A stretch of DNA of 64,000 nucleotides from Actinomycetes bacterium. GTDB lineage: Bacteria > Actinomycetota > Acidimicrobiia > Acidimicrobiales > JAMCPL01. Below, one piece after another: positions 30,536-40,613 of this stretch (positions within the stretch are counted from its first letter, which is position 1; the number at the start of each line of letters is the position of its first letter). The position numbers and the translations under genes were made by a program. Below the pieces are notes generated by a model that was not told the origin of the DNA, made no database searches, and saw nothing but the letters and a program-made list of their open reading frames with translations. Location: contig JAKBVZ010000013.1 of the NCBI GenBank assembly GCA_021841005.1, positions 9,364 through 73,363 of the forward strand. Direction: 5' to 3'.

Positions 30536-30644
30536 TCAGGCTATGGTGATCCGGGGGTCAGCAAAGACACCGGGCTGCGGCATAGTGGCCGCAGCGGACC
30601 AAAGAACGTCAGGCTATGGTGATCCGGGGGTCAGCAAAGACACC
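30534..30644. repeat. duplication-insert locus C: perfect 38-bp direct repeats (30534-30571, 30607-30644) flanking a 35-bp insert with hairpin core CTGCGGCATAGTGGCCGCAG (30575-30594)
   Basis: Read directly. Period 73 bp. The right copy contains the last 11 sense codons and stop of fbaB. The core is the reverse complement of the cores in loci A and B. Confidence 0.92.
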
Positions 30645-31697
30645 CTGGATGGCATGGAGGAGCTTCACTCCTTCATCCATGGGACGCTGGAAGGATTTCC
30701 GCCCTACAATGAGCCCGGTCCCGCCGGCTCGCTTGTTGATGACGGCTGTCCGCACGGCCTGTGCCAGATCAGTGTCCCCCTTTGACTCACCACCAGAATT
30801 GATCAACCCGATACGACCCGAATAGCAGTTGACCACCTGCCAACGGGTAAGGTCCACGGGATGATCCGTGGTAAGGGTATTGTACACAAGAGGATCGGTC
30901 TTGCCGAAGTGCAACGCCGTATAGCCACCGTTCAGCTCAGGCTGTTTCTGTTTTATCAGATCCGCCTCCAAGGTCACACCAATATGGTTGGCCTGTCCGG
31001 TGAGATCGGCTGCGACATGGTAATCCGCCTCCGGCGTCTTGAACGCGTTGTTACGTAGGTAGCACCACAGCACGGTGAACATCCCCAGCCTATGAGCCTC
31101 GGCAAACGCACTTGACACCTCCTGCAACTGCCGCGAGGACTCCTCCGATCCAAAGTATATCGTAGCACCGACACCCACCGCACCCAGGTCTGCGGCCTGG
31201 CGAACCGACGCGAACATGATCTGATCGTACCGATTGGGGTAGACAAGCAGATCATTGTGGTTGAGCTTGACTATGAACGGTATCTTGTGGACATACTTCC
31301 TCGCAGTCATGCCAAGCACTCCTAGGGTGGTTGCGATACCGGAGCAACCCCCTTCCACGGCCAGCTCGCAGAGTTTGAATGGATCGAAATAAGCGGGATT
31401 CTTTGAAAAGCTCGCTGCGGCGGAGTGCTCGATGCCCTGATCCACCGGGAGAATGGACAGGTATCCCGTCCCTCCAAGGTTGCCATGCGAATAGAGCGTG
31501 CCCAGATTGCGTAGGACGGTTGCGTTACGGTCACTGACCGACATCACCCTGTCCAGGTAATCCGGCCCTGGCAACTCCAGCATATCCTTAGGAATACCCT
31601 TGCAAGTATGGGTCAGCAGGTCCTCGGCATCCGCACCAAGCAGAGCCTCCAAATCCATCGTGCTTGCGATATTCCCCGTACTGGGTACTCCGAACAT
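30609..31697 (-). CDS. fbaB: class I fructose-bisphosphate aldolase (FbaB/DhnA family)
   Basis: Collinear similarity to E. coli FbaB as recalled: [58 protein letters not shown], ending ITIA. Confidence 0.85.
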   Translation of the reverse strand: MFGVPSTGNIASTMDLEALLGADAEDLLTHTCKGIPKDMLELPGPDYLDRVMSVSDRNATVLRNLGTLYSHGNLGGTGYLSILPVDQGIEHSAAASFSKNPAYFDPFKLCELAVEGGCSGIATTLGVLGMTARKYVHKIPFIVKLNHNDLLVYPNRYDQIMFASVRQAADLGAVGVGATIYFGSEESSRQLQEVSSAFAEAHRLGMFTVLWCYLRNNAFKTPEADYHVAADLTGQANHIGVTLEADLIKQKQPELNGGYTALHFGKTDPLVYNTLTTDHPVDLTRWQVVNCYSGRIGLINSGGESKGDTDLAQAVRTAVINKRAGGTGLIVGRKSFQRPMDEGVKLLHAIQGVFADPRITIA

Positions 31698-31920
31698 CTG
31701 TATTTTCCTCCTTCACTAGTCTTCTCCCGCCTATACGACCACGCCGACCACAAGGCCATTCAACAGCCCGCACCCACAGCCTTGTCGCATAGCGTCACTT
31801 GATGTCATAACAGCAAGAAACCCGGCCATTATAGCCACAACTCCTTCCATGACCACAACCAGGCTCGCACTGTCCTGCCCGGCCGCTGCAATCACGGACG
31901 TCACCTATCACTATAGTGCA

Positions 31921-31959
31921 GTCACTCCGGAACTGTCACTCCGGAACTGTCACTCCGGT
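31921..31959. repeat. 14-bp tandem repeat GTCACTCCGGAACT x2.8
   Basis: Read directly. Spans the stop codon of the TPR-like ORF. Confidence 0.9.
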
Positions 31960-32796
31960 AATTGCGCTACGGTGACGCGGTCGCCTCGCAGTCTCCTTCC
32001 CCCCTATGAAGTCGAGCCTCTCCTTTGCATCGGTTGCACCGCCATCACACTCGCTCACCCGCTTGAACATGAGCCTTGCCGTGGCGATATGCTCAGCCTT
32101 CTCGTAGAGATCACCAAGGACATACCACTGCCTGTAATGCCTCTCTTTGGGATTGCGGATCATCTTACGTACACCGGCCCGTTCGAGCAATTCGATCCCC
32201 TCCATTATCCTACCTTCATCAGCGAGAGCCTCCGCAGCAACTATACGTCCCTCTGCAAGCACCTCGGGCAGAGGTGACGACCGACGAAGCAAATCGTACA
32301 GATCGGCAACCTCACTGTAGTTGCCCATTGCCCTGTGGCAGTCCATCAGAACCGGAACCTGACTCATATCTCCAGTCGTATCGACCACCCATTGCAACCT
32401 TGTCGATGCCTCGTGCCATTTGCCAAGACCGTAATAGGAGAGACCGGCAAGTTCGCGTGCAGACACAGAAGCCGGCAATTGCCTCAGCACCTTACCGGCA
32501 TACTGCAACGATTCCTTGAAATATCCCCTGTCATATGCCCGCGCCGCTATTGCCAGCATATCGAGTATCCTCTGCCTGGCGCCGGATTCCTTGCCGGCGG
32601 TAAGGCCAGCAATCTCCTCCTCGACTTCCGCGGGAAGTTTGAAATCACCCCTATAAGATTGCGCAGGCCGGCTTTGCCTCTCTGCGGTATCGCGTAAGCC
32701 CGCAGCCGATGTGGCAGGATCCGTGGGAGGTATGCGTTTCACGGTACCCATAGTAGCCGCTCCGTTGCAGCACTCCCGTAGCGGCTGGTCGGCCAC
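31936..32796 (-). CDS. TPR-like repeat protein
   Basis: 286-aa ORF directly downstream of the MarR gene. Helical repeat pattern with A/Y/L spacing (AARAYDRGYFKESLQYAGKVL, GLSYYGLGKWHEA, LGDLYEKAEHIATA). Start uncertain. Confidence 0.5.
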   Translation of the reverse strand: MADQPLRECCNGAATMGTVKRIPPTDPATSAAGLRDTAERQSRPAQSYRGDFKLPAEVEEEIAGLTAGKESGARQRILDMLAIAARAYDRGYFKESLQYAGKVLRQLPASVSARELAGLSYYGLGKWHEASTRLQWVVDTTGDMSQVPVLMDCHRAMGNYSEVADLYDLLRRSSPLPEVLAEGRIVAAEALADEGRIMEGIELLERAGVRKMIRNPKERHYRQWYVLGDLYEKAEHIATARLMFKRVSECDGGATDAKERLDFIGGKETARRPRHRSAITGVTVPE

Positions 32797-32805
32797 CGCT
32801 ATTCT

Positions 32806-33498
32806 TTATCCTTCCGGTCCACACGAAGCCACTGCTACCGCCTCGACCAGCCTCCGCAATGCAGATTCGAGCACGTCACGTTCCTGTACACTGATGGAGG
32901 CAAGCACCTGCTCTATGGGTTCCAGGAGCCCCTTGAACATGCCAGATGTGATGTTATCGAATCGCTCAGGAATCCGTATCAATGTACGCCGATGATCCTC
33001 AGGGTCCTCCTTCCGCTCCACCAATCCCTGCGAAGCCAGCTGAGAAGCAAGTAGGCTGGCAGTGGTCAGGGCGACCCCCAGCCGTTCCGCCAGCAGGCTC
33101 ACGCTCATCTCCCCTGCCGCTGCTATCTGTACAAGGGCAGTGATGTGTCTTGGGGCCAACCCTGCATTCCTCACCATCGTACGGAGGTCCTCGGGTATCT
33201 GCGATCCGTGCCACCGGAGTCCTCTGGCGAGATGCACTATCAGAAGAAATATGTCGACAGCTTCAGTAGACACATCGCCATTGCCGTTATGTAAAATGTC
33301 GGCTGGGTACTCACCAGTGTGCCGCTGTGACACATCCATGTCCATGCCACTGTCTCCACTTTCATCGCTGATGGGTTGGCCGTCACCCTTGACGCCAACG
33401 CTGCCGTCATCCTCGGCCATGCAGCCGTGTTCGCTGTTGCCTTCGCCGCCATTCATGCCGTCGCCGCCAGTACCTCCAGAGTTCCTCACCATGGACAT
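32806..33498 (-). CDS. MarR family transcriptional regulator with a roughly 85-aa Gly/Asp-rich N-terminal extension
   Basis: C-terminal 140 aa form a winged HTH (ITALVQIAAAGEMSVSLLAERLGVALTTASLLASQLASQGLVERKEDPEDHRRTLI). The N-terminal part is low complexity. Confidence 0.75.
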   Translation of the reverse strand: MSMVRNSGGTGGDGMNGGEGNSEHGCMAEDDGSVGVKGDGQPISDESGDSGMDMDVSQRHTGEYPADILHNGNGDVSTEAVDIFLLIVHLARGLRWHGSQIPEDLRTMVRNAGLAPRHITALVQIAAAGEMSVSLLAERLGVALTTASLLASQLASQGLVERKEDPEDHRRTLIRIPERFDNITSGMFKGLLEPIEQVLASISVQERDVLESALRRLVEAVAVASCGPEG

Positions 33499-33527
33499 AT
33501 TATAGCTAAACTATTTTATCTTACAAA

Positions 33528-33565
33528 TAATGATGCACCGGACGACTAATGATGCACCGGACGAC
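33528..33565. repeat. 19-bp tandem repeat TAATGATGCACCGGACGAC x2
   Basis: Read directly. Lies in the marR/lysR divergent intergenic region. Confidence 0.9.
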
Positions 33566-33638
33566 CGGCACGTACAGCAAAACAGCAAGCGCTGTGCGGT
33601 ATGGTATGATATGGAAAGTAGATCTCCACCAAAATAGC

Positions 33639-33676
33639 GATGGAGAAGCCAAGGGGGGGCGCTCGACTTCTCCATC
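33639..33676 (-). terminator. 10-bp-stem hairpin followed by a T-rich tract on the minus strand, upstream of marR
   Basis: GATGGAGAAG (33639-33648) pairs with CTTCTCCATC (33667-33676). On the minus strand the hairpin is followed by GCTATTTTGG. Confidence 0.3.
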
Positions 33677-33790
33677 TGTATAGTCAGGAAACGGAGAGGG
33701 GGTATCCAGCTCCTGCTATCTATGTAAATATTATGCACCTTATGCCTCAATCTGTCAAGCAGCTATCATAGATACTTGATATCATAATAA

Positions 33791-34714
33791 GTGATGGACA
33801 TAAAACAGCTACGAGCCCTACTGGCAGTACATGAAAAAGGTTCCTTTTCCAGCGCAGCGGATCTGCTTGGAACAGTTCAATCAAATATCTCAGCACACGT
33901 GACAAAGCTGGAAAACGAGCTTGGCACAGTACTGATTGACAGATCGTCGTCGGGCCTCACCCCAGAAGGCGAAGCGGTTGCCGCCCGTGCGTACAGGATA
34001 CTCGGAGAGATGGAAGCCATATGGGACGACGTAGGAGCGCTGAAAGCAGAACTGTCCGGTACCGTCCGGATCGGAATGATAGGAACCACGGCACGATGGA
34101 TCACGCCAAGGCTGTATGCCACCTTGAAACGGGCTCACCCTGCCATTCGTTTGGTAATACATGATGGAACCAGTACCACCCTCAGCCAGCTCCTGATTAC
34201 AGGCAGGCTGGACTTTGCTGTCATGACGCTTCCAGTGGTCAACAAGGAGCTGACTGCCACCCCTCTCTTCACGGAGGAAATCAACCTCGTGGTACCGCGT
34301 GACACGGATCCGGTTCCCGGCATGGACTCCATCCAGATGGCGGATCTGGCTCACCTTGAACTGCTGCTGCCTGCGCCTGGAACCACATTCCGTAACGAAC
34401 TGGATCAGGCGGCAATGTCCCACGGTGTCAATCTAAAGGCTGCCGCCGAGTTGGACGGCGTACGCCTGATAGCATCGCTCGCCTTCGACGGTAACGGATT
34501 TGCCCTGTTGCCCACCAGCGCGGTCCCATTCCATCTAAAAGATCGTGTCAGGCTGGTAAAGGTGGATGGCATAGCCACTCGTGAAGTCGGGATAGCCCGC
34601 CGCTCACGGAGCATCCCGTCGGCATCGACCAAGGCGGCAATCGCTTCACTGCAAAAAGTGACGAGAACAGCCAAACATGGGCAACCCATGCCTGAAGGTG
34701 TCGAACCCGTGTAG
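33791..34714 (+). CDS. LysR family transcriptional regulator
   Basis: N-terminal HTH MDIKQLRALLAVHEKGSFSSAADLLGTVQSNISAHVTKLE plus a LysR substrate-binding domain. GTG-ATG start. Confidence 0.88.
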   Translation: MMDIKQLRALLAVHEKGSFSSAADLLGTVQSNISAHVTKLENELGTVLIDRSSSGLTPEGEAVAARAYRILGEMEAIWDDVGALKAELSGTVRIGMIGTTARWITPRLYATLKRAHPAIRLVIHDGTSTTLSQLLITGRLDFAVMTLPVVNKELTATPLFTEEINLVVPRDTDPVPGMDSIQMADLAHLELLLPAPGTTFRNELDQAAMSHGVNLKAAAELDGVRLIASLAFDGNGFALLPTSAVPFHLKDRVRLVKVDGIATREVGIARRSRSIPSASTKAAIASLQKVTRTAKHGQPMPEGVEPV

Positions 34715-34918
34715 ACCGCTGATTCGGCATTACAACACAAATTGTGCTCAAGTATTCACATAGCAAGCAAACCCGTGCCACCTGGGGCTATACTGGAAAT
34801 ACTGGATATGGTTTCCTGGATGGTTCCGAGGGGTAATCATCGGACTATCCCGGATTGCTTACGGAACGGATTGAGGTAATATGGCAATACGAGTGGTCTG
34901 TTGTAGGAAAGCGGCACG

Positions 34919-37633
34919 ATGACCAGCGTATCGGGCAGCAGGTTCACTCTCGCGCCTTCCCGGCTGACACGGGATCTCAAGATAAAGTACAAGGCCAGCG
35001 TCGTAGTTGGAGTGCCATTGCTCATACTCGTCGGCTACCTGGCATTGGTCAGTTTCGCAGTCAATCCATCCATCGCAAGTGCACAATCAGCTTACGACAA
35101 CACGATCAGAGCCGAGAATGTAGCTCATGACGCCGAATCGGATCTGGGACAGATACTGGTAAAACTGGCCCAGCCCCTTGGAAGCACTCCTCACGCCACC
35201 ACTGGTCGCCAGACCGTGATGGCCGCGCTCGCAGACATTCACGCTGAACGCATCGACATCACGGCCAACGTAAGCAATCTCCAATCCTTATCTGCGCACC
35301 ACCCCAAATTAATTACCATGGCAGGCACCCTCTCTGGGCAATTGTCATCCATACTGTCCAAGCTGGCCGCGCTTACCTCCGATGCCGCTTCGCTCAGCGC
35401 TTCCACGGGACCCGGCCATTCATCGGTATCCCTACCTAGCCCAGTACGAAACCTACTTGCAGGAGTGTTTGGAGGGATAACGTCGGCGGAATCCACGGTC
35501 AAGCGCTTCATCATTCATGAGAACGGCATAATGTCAGACGCAAAGGCGACGCTGGCGGAGCGGCACGATACCGGTGGATCCGTGTCCCTTGCCGCCATGC
35601 TGATAGCCACCATAGGCGGCGTAGTGGTAATGCTGATAATATCATCGGGAGTGTCCAAGAGATTGACAGCAATTGAAATGGCGTCCCTCCGGCTGCATAA
35701 GGGAGAGGAACTGACGGACCTACCCGTTGGCAAGGACGAGATCGGGCAAATCGCCGCTGGATTGAAGGAAGCCTCGAAGGAGCTTCGCCATCGTGAAAGG
35801 AGTTTGCGCGACCAGAGGGACGAAATCCTTGACCGTGAGCGCCTCATAAGTTCGATCTTCGAGGCTGTCCCTGATGTCATTACCGTGAGGGATACGGCCG
35901 GCAAGGTAATCAGGGTAAGCCCGGAGGTGGAACGCTCACTTGGTATCACTATGGATGGAGCAAGAGAGCTGATGCGCAACTTCCAACATGTCCTGCCAGA
36001 GGACCGCCAGCCCTCACTCGAACTGCAAGCGGCCACCATTGCCTCGCCGCACACTACGTCCTTGCCCATGAGGGTTCGGGCACGTGGAAAAACTGGGGAA
36101 GTCAAAACCTACGAGATACGCTGCAGGCCACTGATAAGCAAGGGCGGCGAGGTGATCGGTACGGTTACCGCTGCGCGGGACATATCGGATCAGGTGACGA
36201 AAGAAGATGAGCTCACGCGGGCGAAGCAGGAGGCGGACAAAGCCAACCAGGCAAAGTCGGAGTTCCTGTCCAGGATGAGCCACGAACTCCGCACCCCATT
36301 GAATTCCATCCTCGGCTTCAGCCAACTCATCAAGATGGACGAAATCCCCGATCAGATCCGTGAATATGTCATCCAGATCGAAAAAGGTGGGAAACACCTT
36401 CTATCGCTGATCAACGAAGTGCTCGATCTCGCACGCGTCGAAGCCGGACGTCTCAGCCTTTCCATCGAACCGGTCATAGTGGTACCAAACATCCGTGAGG
36501 CGATGGACATCATCTCCCCACTGGCATTCACCAGCAATGTTTCACTGGCGTTCAATCGTAACGATGTGGGAAATTACCTGGCCGTAAAGGCAGACAGCCA
36601 GCGGCTCATGCAGGTGCTGCTGAACCTTCTGGACAACGCCATCAAATACAACATAAAAGGAGGAAGCGTCATGGTCAATCTGGAGCAACGGCAATGTGAT
36701 AAGGGCCGCACCGTCAGGATATCCGTAGTCGATACAGGAAGGGGCATCCCGGCCAATGCGCTGGAAGCCATATTCACGCCATTTACCAGGCTGAGCGCGG
36801 ACAGCACATCGATACCTGGTACGGGAATCGGCCTTGCCCTCACCAGGAGGCTCGTAGAGGCGATGGGAGGTACGATCACTGTCACCAGCGAGCCTGGCAA
36901 GGGAAGCACATTTTGTGTGGAAGTACCCATGGACGAAAGTACCGCCTCTGCAGGCTTGAACGAAAATCCTGCTGGCGACCCCATGGAAGCAGTAATTATA
37001 AGCGGCTCGCAGGCGGTGGATGCCGTCCACGCCTCCGGAAATGCCGGCTCCGAAACTTCACCGGACGGCAGCCTGGACTCCGCAGTAGCGGGCAACGAGG
37101 TCGAGCGGCTCTTCACCGTGCTGTACATAGAGGACAACGTTGCAAGTGCAAGGCTCATGGAAGAGATACTCTCCAAGCGGCCTTCGGTCAGACTCATCCC
37201 TACGGCGCTCGGGCGCCTGGGAATCGATATCGCTCGCCAGTACCACCCGGATCTCATCCTGCTCGACCTTCATCTGGAAGACATGTCAGGAGAGGATGTA
37301 CTACGCGAAATTACCGCCGACAGCGACCTTGCAAGCATACCTGTAGTCATAGTGTCTGCTGATGCTACACCTAGCACTCTCAAACGCCTTGTCAACGATG
37401 GTGCTTGCAGGTACATGACCAAACCTGTGGATGTGCAAGTCATGCTCGAGATGGTCGATACATTCCGCAGCCAAGCATCCGACCGGGACGAGACATGCGA
37501 GCGGGCATCACACGGGCAGGCAACCTACAGCCCGGAGCCACAAGAGGATGACCTGCCCTCACACTCATTCACCTGGAGGCATTACGAGATTGCCCCAGCC
37601 CAGGAAAATGATGGTGGGCAGCCATCTGCGTAA
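34919..37633 (+). CDS. hybrid sensor histidine kinase (TM/HAMP, PAS, HisKA, HATPase_c, receiver)
   Basis: H-box SRMSHELRTPLNSILGF, N-box LLNLLDNAIKY, G-boxes DTGRGI and GTGIGLAL, and a C-terminal receiver domain (LILLDLHLEDMSG...KP). Confidence 0.88.
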   Translation: MTSVSGSRFTLAPSRLTRDLKIKYKASVVVGVPLLILVGYLALVSFAVNPSIASAQSAYDNTIRAENVAHDAESDLGQILVKLAQPLGSTPHATTGRQTVMAALADIHAERIDITANVSNLQSLSAHHPKLITMAGTLSGQLSSILSKLAALTSDAASLSASTGPGHSSVSLPSPVRNLLAGVFGGITSAESTVKRFIIHENGIMSDAKATLAERHDTGGSVSLAAMLIATIGGVVVMLIISSGVSKRLTAIEMASLRLHKGEELTDLPVGKDEIGQIAAGLKEASKELRHRERSLRDQRDEILDRERLISSIFEAVPDVITVRDTAGKVIRVSPEVERSLGITMDGARELMRNFQHVLPEDRQPSLELQAATIASPHTTSLPMRVRARGKTGEVKTYEIRCRPLISKGGEVIGTVTAARDISDQVTKEDELTRAKQEADKANQAKSEFLSRMSHELRTPLNSILGFSQLIKMDEIPDQIREYVIQIEKGGKHLLSLINEVLDLARVEAGRLSLSIEPVIVVPNIREAMDIISPLAFTSNVSLAFNRNDVGNYLAVKADSQRLMQVLLNLLDNAIKYNIKGGSVMVNLEQRQCDKGRTVRISVVDTGRGIPANALEAIFTPFTRLSADSTSIPGTGIGLALTRRLVEAMGGTITVTSEPGKGSTFCVEVPMDESTASAGLNENPAGDPMEAVIISGSQAVDAVHASGNAGSETSPDGSLDSAVAGNEVERLFTVLYIEDNVASARLMEEILSKRPSVRLIPTALGRLGIDIARQYHPDLILLDLHLEDMSGEDVLREITADSDLASIPVVIVSADATPSTLKRLVNDGACRYMTKPVDVQVMLEMVDTFRSQASDRDETCERASHGQATYSPEPQEDDLPSHSFTWRHYEIAPAQENDGGQPSA

Positions 37634-37697
37634 GCATCCGGTGGGACATCCATCCGTGGTGTGAACGTTGGGTGCATGGATACGAGACGGAACGCAC

Positions 37698-38951
37698 TCA
37701 GCCATTCAGGTAAGCCACAAAAGGCACCATGATCTCTTCACGGGTAAGAGATCCGTGCCTGGCTTTCAACCTGCTCTCGCCGACATCCGCAGGATCCATG
37801 AAGGCAACCGGTTCCCTGGCAACCAGCGCAATGTCGCCCAATCGTTCCGCCACCGCTGCCGTCATGCCTTGCCCCATCCATGCCTCATCCATGATCTGGG
37901 TACGGCTACAAACCCATGCCAGATCGCCGTAAATGTACTCTGCGGCTTCCAGTAAATCCGGCAGCACATCGCCCTTGCAGTGCAACCAGCGAAACCTTCC
38001 TTCACCTGATATCAGGTCAACCATCTCCAGGATGGTCGGATCCATCTCGATAGCAGGTCCATCCATATGCACCTGCCCGTGGTCGGCAGTAACCACTAGG
38101 GCGGCACCATCAGGCAGCACTTCCAGTATGCCCGCGATAAGGTCGTCCACATACCCCAGTTCGGCCTCATAATGGTCTCCGAGCCCGTAAGCATGCGCAA
38201 CCCTGTCCACGCCATCGTAATATATATATACCAGAGATTCGCCGGACTTCAGTAGCCTCTCCACTTCCACCGGAATCGAGGATGGCACTTTCCAGGATAC
38301 GTGACGAGATCCGTAGAGATGAGCTGCCGTGAAACCGGTACCGCACAGATCCGCTCTTGCCACCACCGGCACGCTCTTATCACCAAATGGCGCCGCCGGC
38401 TGGAACTCCCTCGGCCTTACCTGGGTTCTCGCGTCACCTCCAGACTCCGTCCTCCATCGCAGTGCGTTGAGCACATCGTCGGTATCATGTTGCCGCACCT
38501 TCATCCGGTAGCCGACCATTCCATGTACACTCGGAGGCAGGCCAGTAGTAAGCGATGTCAGTGCCGCTGCAGTAGTGGTGGGCGCCACCGATGTGATCCA
38601 CCCACCTTCCATCTCTCTTAACGTGTCCGGCGACTCGTACCGTTGCATTTGAAGCCATCCAAGACCATCGACCACGAGTACGGCAATCTGCCGAGCCTCG
38701 AAGAGACATGACGGTACCCAGTCGGGTGTATCGCCATCATCCAACGGCACAGCACTACTATTACCGTCACGATATAGTGGTAAGCTTGGCGTAAGTATGC
38801 TCCGCGGTCCACCACCACCGACACTGTCAATCCCTCCTGTATCGTTTGCTGCGGCCAGTATATCCGTAATGACCGGCATGACATTGGAGATGCAAGCCCC
38901 ACTATAAATAGGCAGCACGGGATCTTTGTCGATAGTGTTCATGGGTACCAC
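37698..38951 (-). CDS. alkaline-phosphatase superfamily protein (nucleotide pyrophosphatase/phosphodiesterase-like)
   Basis: VLVVDGLGW, the nucleophile region APTTTAAALTSLTTGLPPSVHG, and VVTADHG, typical of the AP/NPP fold. Confidence 0.7.
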   Translation of the reverse strand: MVPMNTIDKDPVLPIYSGACISNVMPVITDILAAANDTGGIDSVGGGGPRSILTPSLPLYRDGNSSAVPLDDGDTPDWVPSCLFEARQIAVLVVDGLGWLQMQRYESPDTLREMEGGWITSVAPTTTAAALTSLTTGLPPSVHGMVGYRMKVRQHDTDDVLNALRWRTESGGDARTQVRPREFQPAAPFGDKSVPVVARADLCGTGFTAAHLYGSRHVSWKVPSSIPVEVERLLKSGESLVYIYYDGVDRVAHAYGLGDHYEAELGYVDDLIAGILEVLPDGAALVVTADHGQVHMDGPAIEMDPTILEMVDLISGEGRFRWLHCKGDVLPDLLEAAEYIYGDLAWVCSRTQIMDEAWMGQGMTAAVAERLGDIALVAREPVAFMDPADVGESRLKARHGSLTREEIMVPFVAYLNG

Positions 38952-38967
38952 GCCAGGGAAGTAACAT

Positions 38968-39396
38968 TTGAGTGTGAGAGTTTCGACACGAGGCGACTAT
39001 GCAAGCAGGGCACTTCTCTCCCTGGCGCTGCACTCAGATGAGACCGGGCCGACATCGGTAAAGGACATTGCCGAGCGTACCGGGTTACCGCAACCATATC
39101 TGGAGCAGATACTGCTGTCATTGAAGGGAGCCGGCCTGGTACGATCCAAGCGAGGGATAGGCGGTGGGTATGTCCTTGGACACCCACCGGAGGACATCAC
39201 CCTTGCACAGGTGGTAAGTGCTGTCGATGGGCCAATCACTGCTGGTGATTTCGGGAAACCTCACGAGGACGGAGCCTGCGAACACGAAGGACAATGTGTC
39301 TTGCTGGCGGTCTGGCAGGACGTAGGAAGGCACATGCATGACCACCTCGCCTCCTTCACGCTGGCTGATATGGTGAAAAAAGCCCGTGGCCAGTAG
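38968..39396 (+). CDS. Rrf2 family transcriptional regulator
   Basis: VRVSTRGDYASRALLSLAL plus HTH VKDIAERTGLPQPYLEQILLSLKGAGLVRSKRGIGGGY. Start may be the GTG at 38974. Confidence 0.85.
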   Translation: MSVRVSTRGDYASRALLSLALHSDETGPTSVKDIAERTGLPQPYLEQILLSLKGAGLVRSKRGIGGGYVLGHPPEDITLAQVVSAVDGPITAGDFGKPHEDGACEHEGQCVLLAVWQDVGRHMHDHLASFTLADMVKKARGQ

Positions 39397-39494
39397 CGCC
39401 CTCCCACCGCTCAATGCCGACTTCTTGGCTCGCCTGGCATCCCTCTTTCCAGTGTAGTTGCTACGCTGGGACCGCCATCTGCGAGCAGGCAGTA

Positions 39495-40268
39495 TCATCG
39501 ACTGATGCCCCCACTAGGCATTACCATTGCCCCCCCGTCGATGATAAAGACATTACCGGTAATCCACGAAGCGGCATCCGACACGACAAACAACGCCAGC
39601 CTGGCGATGTCGTCAGGTTCGCCAAGTCGTTTCAACGGCAAATTTCCTGCAATGGCATTCCCGTGCGGGCCATCCCAAAGTATCCTGGCGAAGTCGGTCT
39701 TCACCAATCCAGGCGCCAATGCATTGACTCTGACGCCTGGCGACATCTCATATGCCATCTGGCGCGTGAGGTGGAGGACGGCCGCCTTGGTGACGTTGTA
39801 CCATCCTATAGCGGGCTCCACCTCCAAGCCGCCCACGGAGGCCATATTCAAGATGCAGCCACCGTTCTCCTCCATCCATTCATGCCAGGCACACTTTGAC
39901 CACATGAGAATCCCCTGCTGATTGACTTCGACGGTCTTCGATGCCATCTGCTCGTCAATGTCCATTATATGCCCGAAGTACGGATTGGTGGCAGCATTGT
40001 TCACGAGGATGTCGACGCTTCCAAGCCTACGAATAGTTTCCTTGACGCACTCTGATGCCTGGTGGGGGTCTCCTGCATGAGCCGTCATCCACTCCACCCT
40101 CCGACTCGCTGCAGCCAACCTGTCGGCTGCAGCAGACAATGCATCAGCCTTGCGCGAGGTGATCATCACGTCTGCTCCTGCTTCCACAAGCCTGGATGCT
40201 ATGGCAAGCCCGATACCCCTGGAACCGCCGGTAACCAGGGCAACCTTCCCATCAAGTCTGATCTCCAT
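39495..40268 (-). CDS. SDR family oxidoreductase
   Basis: TGGSRGIG cofactor motif, NNAA, and YxxxK (YNVTKAA). The ORF is open to 40310; start set at MEIRLDGKVALVTGG. Confidence 0.88.
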   Translation of the reverse strand: MEIRLDGKVALVTGGSRGIGLAIASRLVEAGADVMITSRKADALSAAADRLAAASRRVEWMTAHAGDPHQASECVKETIRRLGSVDILVNNAATNPYFGHIMDIDEQMASKTVEVNQQGILMWSKCAWHEWMEENGGCILNMASVGGLEVEPAIGWYNVTKAAVLHLTRQMAYEMSPGVRVNALAPGLVKTDFARILWDGPHGNAIAGNLPLKRLGEPDDIARLALFVVSDAASWITGNVFIIDGGAMVMPSGGISR

Positions 40269-40464
40269 TCCTGTAATCATAGTCATATCGAGGCTCATTG
40301 CGCTAAACAAGCAGCTGGAGGCGGGCGATAGGCATCTCGGGCTCGTCGCCCCCCTGACTTCGCATTGGGTGAAGTCGTGCGTTGTCCATGTACGGAAGCT
40401 GGCCCCTCCGCCTCCGCTGGCCCAGCCCTAATAAATCGGGCTTGGGTTCATGGTTCTGCCATTA

Positions 40465-40492
40465 TTGGATACACACCGGGCATGAGTATAAT
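40465..40492 (+). promoter_or_regulatory. sigma-70-like promoter TTGGAT-16 nt-TATAAT
   Basis: Read directly. The -10 region is duplicated 58 bp downstream (40546-40551) within a 26-28 bp direct repeat (40472-40497 and 40530-40557). Confidence 0.4.
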
Positions 40493-40613
40493 TGCACTCC
40501 CTCGACACCGCCTGCGCCGGTAATAAGCGCACACCGGGCATGAGTATAATGGCGCACATGCATAGATGGGAATTACACATGTCCAGCCAACCGCCACTTG
40601 AAAGGCATCACGT

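Noticed and set aside
30349-30608. A c-di-AMP (ydaO-type) or other riboswitch in the 260-nt kdpA leader.
   Set aside because: I could not find the paired ACGGGG/CCCA-type conserved blocks. The region is largely explained by the two hairpin inserts and their duplications. A covariance-model scan would be needed to exclude it formally.
33511-33750. 79-aa minus-strand ORF in the marR/lysR intergenic region.
   Set aside because: It is Cys/Ile-rich with odd composition, has no RBS and spans the hairpin and tandem repeat. It is more likely non-coding leader sequence.
37698-38951. The alkaline-phosphatase-fold protein as a PglZ component linking to the BrxD-like ATPases (BREX).
   Set aside because: It is only 417 aa, lies 21 kb away among housekeeping and regulatory genes, has no PglX methyltransferase or BrxC nearby, and its motifs fit a generic NPP/AP family enzyme.
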